From Amoebophrya sp. A120 (lineage: Eukaryota > Protista > Dinoflagellata), in contig CAJINV010000005.1 of assembly GCA_905178155.1 (NCBI GenBank), positions 3,947,556 to 4,011,555 on the forward strand: a stretch of DNA of 64,000 nucleotides, given 5' to 3'. Of this stretch, positions 61,101 through 64,000 are shown one piece after another. The position numbers and the translations under genes were made by a program. Under the pieces are notes generated by a model. The model worked only from the letters and a program-made list of their open reading frames with translations, ran no database searches and was not told the origin of the DNA. Position 1 is the stretch's first letter. Each line of letters opens with the position of its first letter.

Positions 61101-64000
61101 CTCAGTCTCAAATCTTATTCGAATCTCCAATCTTATTATCAAATCTTATCTCAATCTCAAATCTTAAAAAATCTTAAATCTATCTCAGAATCATAGCCAT
61201 CTATCAAATCTTATCTCAAAAATTTTTCATACAGATCGGGGCGCAGTATCATCATATCGAAAGGGCGGGGGGGGCGCGGGGGAGTGACGTAGGGGGTCAG
61301 TCGGATCCGCGCGATCGCGTGTCACTTTCTTACTGAAATCCCTAAGGAGAAAAAGCTTCAGCTGATCGCGCGCACGGAGACATCGCGGGCAGCCGACGGA
61401 GACGGAAGGCGGCAACCGCAGCCACGGACGCTGCACCTGGAAGGCGTGCAGCGATGGCGCAGATGGATGCATCCATCAATACCTTCCCAGCATTCTACTA
61501 GAAAACCCATGCCCCGGGTAGCCAGAATAGCAGTGCTAAACACAGCAACTCGGGAAAAAAAAACAAATTCCCAATACATTTCCACTATCCCAATGAACAC
61601 CCTCCCGCGACCCTACTAGAAGATCCTTGCCCCGGGTAGCCTGAAGAGCCGTGCTAAGCACAACAACCCGAGAAGCGCTTCAGCTCTACCACCCCTTCCC
61701 GATAGCTTCCCAATACCTACCCACTATCCTTCTAGGCAAACCTTTCCCCGGGTAGCCCGAAGAGTTTTGCTAACGCGGGAAGAAACCCCGGAAAATCGAA
61801 GAGAAATCAGCTGCCTTGCGATTCTTGACAGCTGGAAATGCCCCGAGGCGTCTCCGCCCGCAAATCTATCCATCTGGCAACACCTTGGGGCGCCTTGCCC
61901 TGGAATCCCAGCTACCAATGCGCCGCGGATGCCTTTTCAAAGTGTTCCCCACAGCTGGATTCCAAGCTAGAAATCGAAAGCCGTCTTCTACTACAAATCG
62001 AGCTGCCAACACTTTGAAAAGGTCGGGCGGAAAAGCGCTGAAAAAGCCCTCTCGATGCCGTCCCATCTGGAAGGATTTCCCTCGAAAAGGCGTTTCCAGC
62101 AAGCTGGATTTCCATTGCCGCGGCGTCTCCAGCTGGATACTCTTCGAAGCGGCGCCCTCGAAGGGTTTCCAGCAGGAGGCGCGTTGCTTGCGGGTGCCTC
62201 TTTGTTTAAGTAATGCACTGCCTCCCTGCTGGATTTCCTCCCGGCTAGAAAAAAACGCGCCTCCATCTGGGTTTCCCGCTAGGAATGCTCTGAAAAGGCG
62301 TCCCCGGCTCCATTTCACGCTAGAAATACTCTGCAAAGACACGGCCGGCTGAATTTCTTCCAGCCGGGGGCGCTTTGGCGATGCCTCTCCCGCTGGATTT
62401 CGTTCTGGGAACGCGCTGGCGATGCCTTTCCGCCTGGATCTCTAGCCGGAAACACGCTGCCGCTGCCTTTCCGGCTGTGTTTCCTTTCAGCTAGAAAGGC
62501 GCTGAGACGGCATTGCTAGCTGGATTCCCTGCTGGACACACACCGGGGCGGCGTCGCTAGCTGGCTTTCTAGCTAGAAACGCCCTGAGACGGCGTCGCTA
62601 CGTGGGTTTCCAGCTAGAAACGCACTGAGACGGCGTCGCTTGCTAGATTTCCAACCAGAAACGCACTGCGAAGGCGTCTCTAGCCGCGTTTCCGGCTCGA
62701 CATGCTTTGAAAAGGCAACCACTAGGCCGCGGGGGGATGCGGCGCGAGGCGCAGCAGTGTTGTTCCCCGGTGATGCGCAAAGCGTGCGCGTCCCGCAGCG
62801 GGGGGTGAACTTTGTGAAAAATGCTCCTTCTAGCGCAAGTTTGCGATGTCACACCGAGCGGGCGAAGCTGTTCGAGTCTCGTTCTTGAACTACATTGATT
62901 TGCCTAGAGCTAGACAACATACGTTGGTGAAACTCAAAAAACAACATCATGGTGTAAAAAAGTATGCTCTCCATACCAAGCTTCATTTTCAACACTCTCA
63001 TGGAAATATCGAGGTTCGGCTTCCACGATATGAAGATGTCGATTTCGAACCCCTTCAGGTCCTGCTTGTCCTTCTTGTACGCGTGCACCGGCCCAAGTTC
63101 TGGTGCCTCGTCTATCGTAAGGGAAAATCCCCCCTCCCCATATTGAAAAGGTATGTCTCCGAAAATTTGCGTTGCTGATTTGAGGTCACAAATCACATCT
63201 GTCTTGCAAGAAGGCATCTCCACAAGCTCCGCAGCATTGTGCAGGCGGTTTGTGATGCTGATGGGCCTACAGCACGGACGTTCCTCGTGCTAGACGCCTA
63301 GGCCAAAACCTCTCTACTTAGGCTTAGCATGGGCCTGCATTTCTCTCCAGCAAGACAGATCTGATTTGTGTACGCAAATCCTGCATCAGAAACTTCGTTT
63401 TGATATGGGGAGGGGGGATTTTTCCTTTTGATATCGTCCCCAAGATAAAAGCTGGTAATTTTGATTCCGTTCAGCGGCACCGGAAGCGAGGCCTGCTATC
63501 AACTGTAAAAATGTCTGGGTCTGGAAGATTGGGGGAGTTTGTCATGCAAATTTTACATGACCTGCGATGTCGGTGATGCATGCTTTAGCATTACAGGTTT
63601 TGTGCAGGATTTCTCATGCGTATACTGCATGAGAAATGCCTTCTCAGAATAGCAAAAATCTGAGTGCCGATTGCTGGTCATGCAATCAAGGCTTTTGTAT
63701 CATCGAAAGTTAGCATCACAAATTCCATTCTTTCCAGACCCAGACACTTTTGTATTTGATACCTGCAGCGTGGGCTCGATCTCGTCCTTTAGCAACTTGA
63801 GCACCGCTTTGTTTATGTACGGCCAGAGCGCCTTCATTGTCAGATTCAACCATTGCAGTCCCTCGCCCGCGGCGACCACCTTGCCGCCACCTAGATGCGA
63901 AGCACGGCTTCCCGAGACGTGCATGTGCGAGTCTCGCATCTGCGGAGGAGTTCCCCCCTTGTCCGGGCTGTCGGTACTAGCGTTTATATCCTGAGTAAAA
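55133..64000 (-). CDS. Extended synaptotagmin-like protein (SMP + C2 domains), 5' end beyond the window
   Basis: EGLQWLNLTMKALWPYI, FYLGD|EAPELG, LVLRPLMETMPVVGG|LQIFMINPPTVDVDFTGAANLIDMP, LVLPNRI, and C2 motifs NLLAKDFN..SDPYAIV..SKVIKHT|VNPVW..LELFDSDIDSDDQL. Confidence 0.88.
55541..55797. mobile_element. Introner family A nested in a GT-AG intron
   Basis: TATCAAATGCAAATATGTCTGGGTCTGGAA ... CAGACATATTTGCAATGCATA; TSD GAGAA/AAGAA. Confidence 0.88.
56059..56386. mobile_element. Eroded introner-type intron
   Basis: TATCCTG...CAGGATA ends. Removal plus 5 nt joins EDG-E-SQPSG; the TSD is no longer similar. Confidence 0.55.
57798..58076. mobile_element. Introner family B
   Basis: TATCCTGAGTAAAAACATCCCCACACCAGAGT and its reverse complement; TSD CCTTC; 279 bp, same length as the 29946 copy. 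Confidence 0.95.
58170..58421. mobile_element. Introner family A
   Basis: TATGCATTGCAAATATGTCTGCGTCTGGAAA ... TTTCCAGACCCAGACATATTTGTATTTGATA; TSD GTTGG/GCTGG. Confidence 0.9.
58467..58769. mobile_element. Introner family C2
   Basis: TATCGCCAGGAAAAATGCCCCC ... GGGGGCAGTTTTCCTTGTAATA; TSD CGAGA/CGACA. Confidence 0.9.
58840..59161. mobile_element. Introner family C
   Basis: AAAAATCCCCCCTCCCCATAT TIR core; TSD CCGTG. Confidence 0.92.
59685..59989. mobile_element. Introner family A (diverged)
   Basis: TATCGATTGCAAACATGTCTGG ... CCAGACATATTTGCAGTTGATA; TSD TACGG/CACGG. Confidence 0.85.
60073..60453. mobile_element. Eroded introner-type intron
   Basis: Coding strand TAC...GATA plus 5 nt; joins VVGG|LQIF. 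Confidence 0.55.
60506..60731. mobile_element. Partly eroded introner-type intron
   Basis: TATCC...GGATA with flanks AAACG/CGACG; joins EGTV-A-LVLRP. Confidence 0.7.
60980..61225. repeat. AT-rich low-complexity repeats in intron
   Basis: GAATAATTCAA(A)TT units followed by AATCTT/ATCTCA units. Confidence 0.7.
61490..62700. repeat. GC-rich degenerate tandem repeats in intron
   Basis: Three ~118-bp units containing CCCCGGGTAGCC..GTGCTAA, then CAGCTGGA/AGCTAGAAACGC.CTGAGACGGCGTCGCT units. Confidence 0.7.
63113..63433. mobile_element. Introner family C
   Basis: TATCGTAAGGGAAAATCCCCCCTCCCCATAT ... ATATGGGGAGGGGGGATTTTTCCTTTTGATA; TSD TCGTC. Confidence 0.93.
63497..63761. mobile_element. Introner family A
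   Basis: TATCAACTGTAAAAATGTCTGGGTCTGGAA and its reverse complement; TSD CCTGC. Joins EPTLQ|ASLPVP. Confidence 0.93.
63987..64000. mobile_element. Left end of a family B introner (truncated by the window)
   Basis: TATCCTGAGTAAAA is identical to the family B terminus. Confidence 0.7.

Noticed and set aside
1-64000. Autonomous transposase for the introners; rRNA or tRNA genes
   Set aside because: No DDE, HUH or tyrosine-recombinase ORF with TAT...ATA ends was recognised. rRNA-like 11-14-mers are only snoRNA guides.

Overview
This is eukaryotic, intron-rich DNA with about 14 protein genes, all on the minus strand. The architecture best fits a syndinian dinoflagellate such as Amoebophrya (inference from unidirectional genes plus inverted-repeat non-canonical introns). 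Recognisable genes are an MFS/nodulin-like membrane protein, a GaaA-like Gfo/Idh/MocA oxidoreductase, NOC2, a cold-shock-domain/Q-rich protein, PRPP synthetase, a mitochondrial carrier, two SDRs (one DCXR-like), a MepB-like protein and an extended-synaptotagmin (SMP+C2) protein. Four non-coding signals stand out. (1) More than 20 MITE-like introner elements from at least five sequence families share one grammar: a 5-bp target-site duplication (TSD), TAT...ATA termini and internal GCATNASA motifs. They occur in both orientations, and removing the element plus one 5-nt copy restores the reading frame wherever I checked, including in eroded copies. (2) Two intronic arrays of double-guide box C/D snoRNAs look like plain tandem or CRISPR-like repeats. 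(3) A GC-rich decayed LINE reverse transcriptase lies between 32-bp direct repeats. (4) A ~3-kb intronic block is built from palindromes. Exon structures were inferred by eye and rRNA numbering is from memory of yeast rRNA, so both need computational confirmation.
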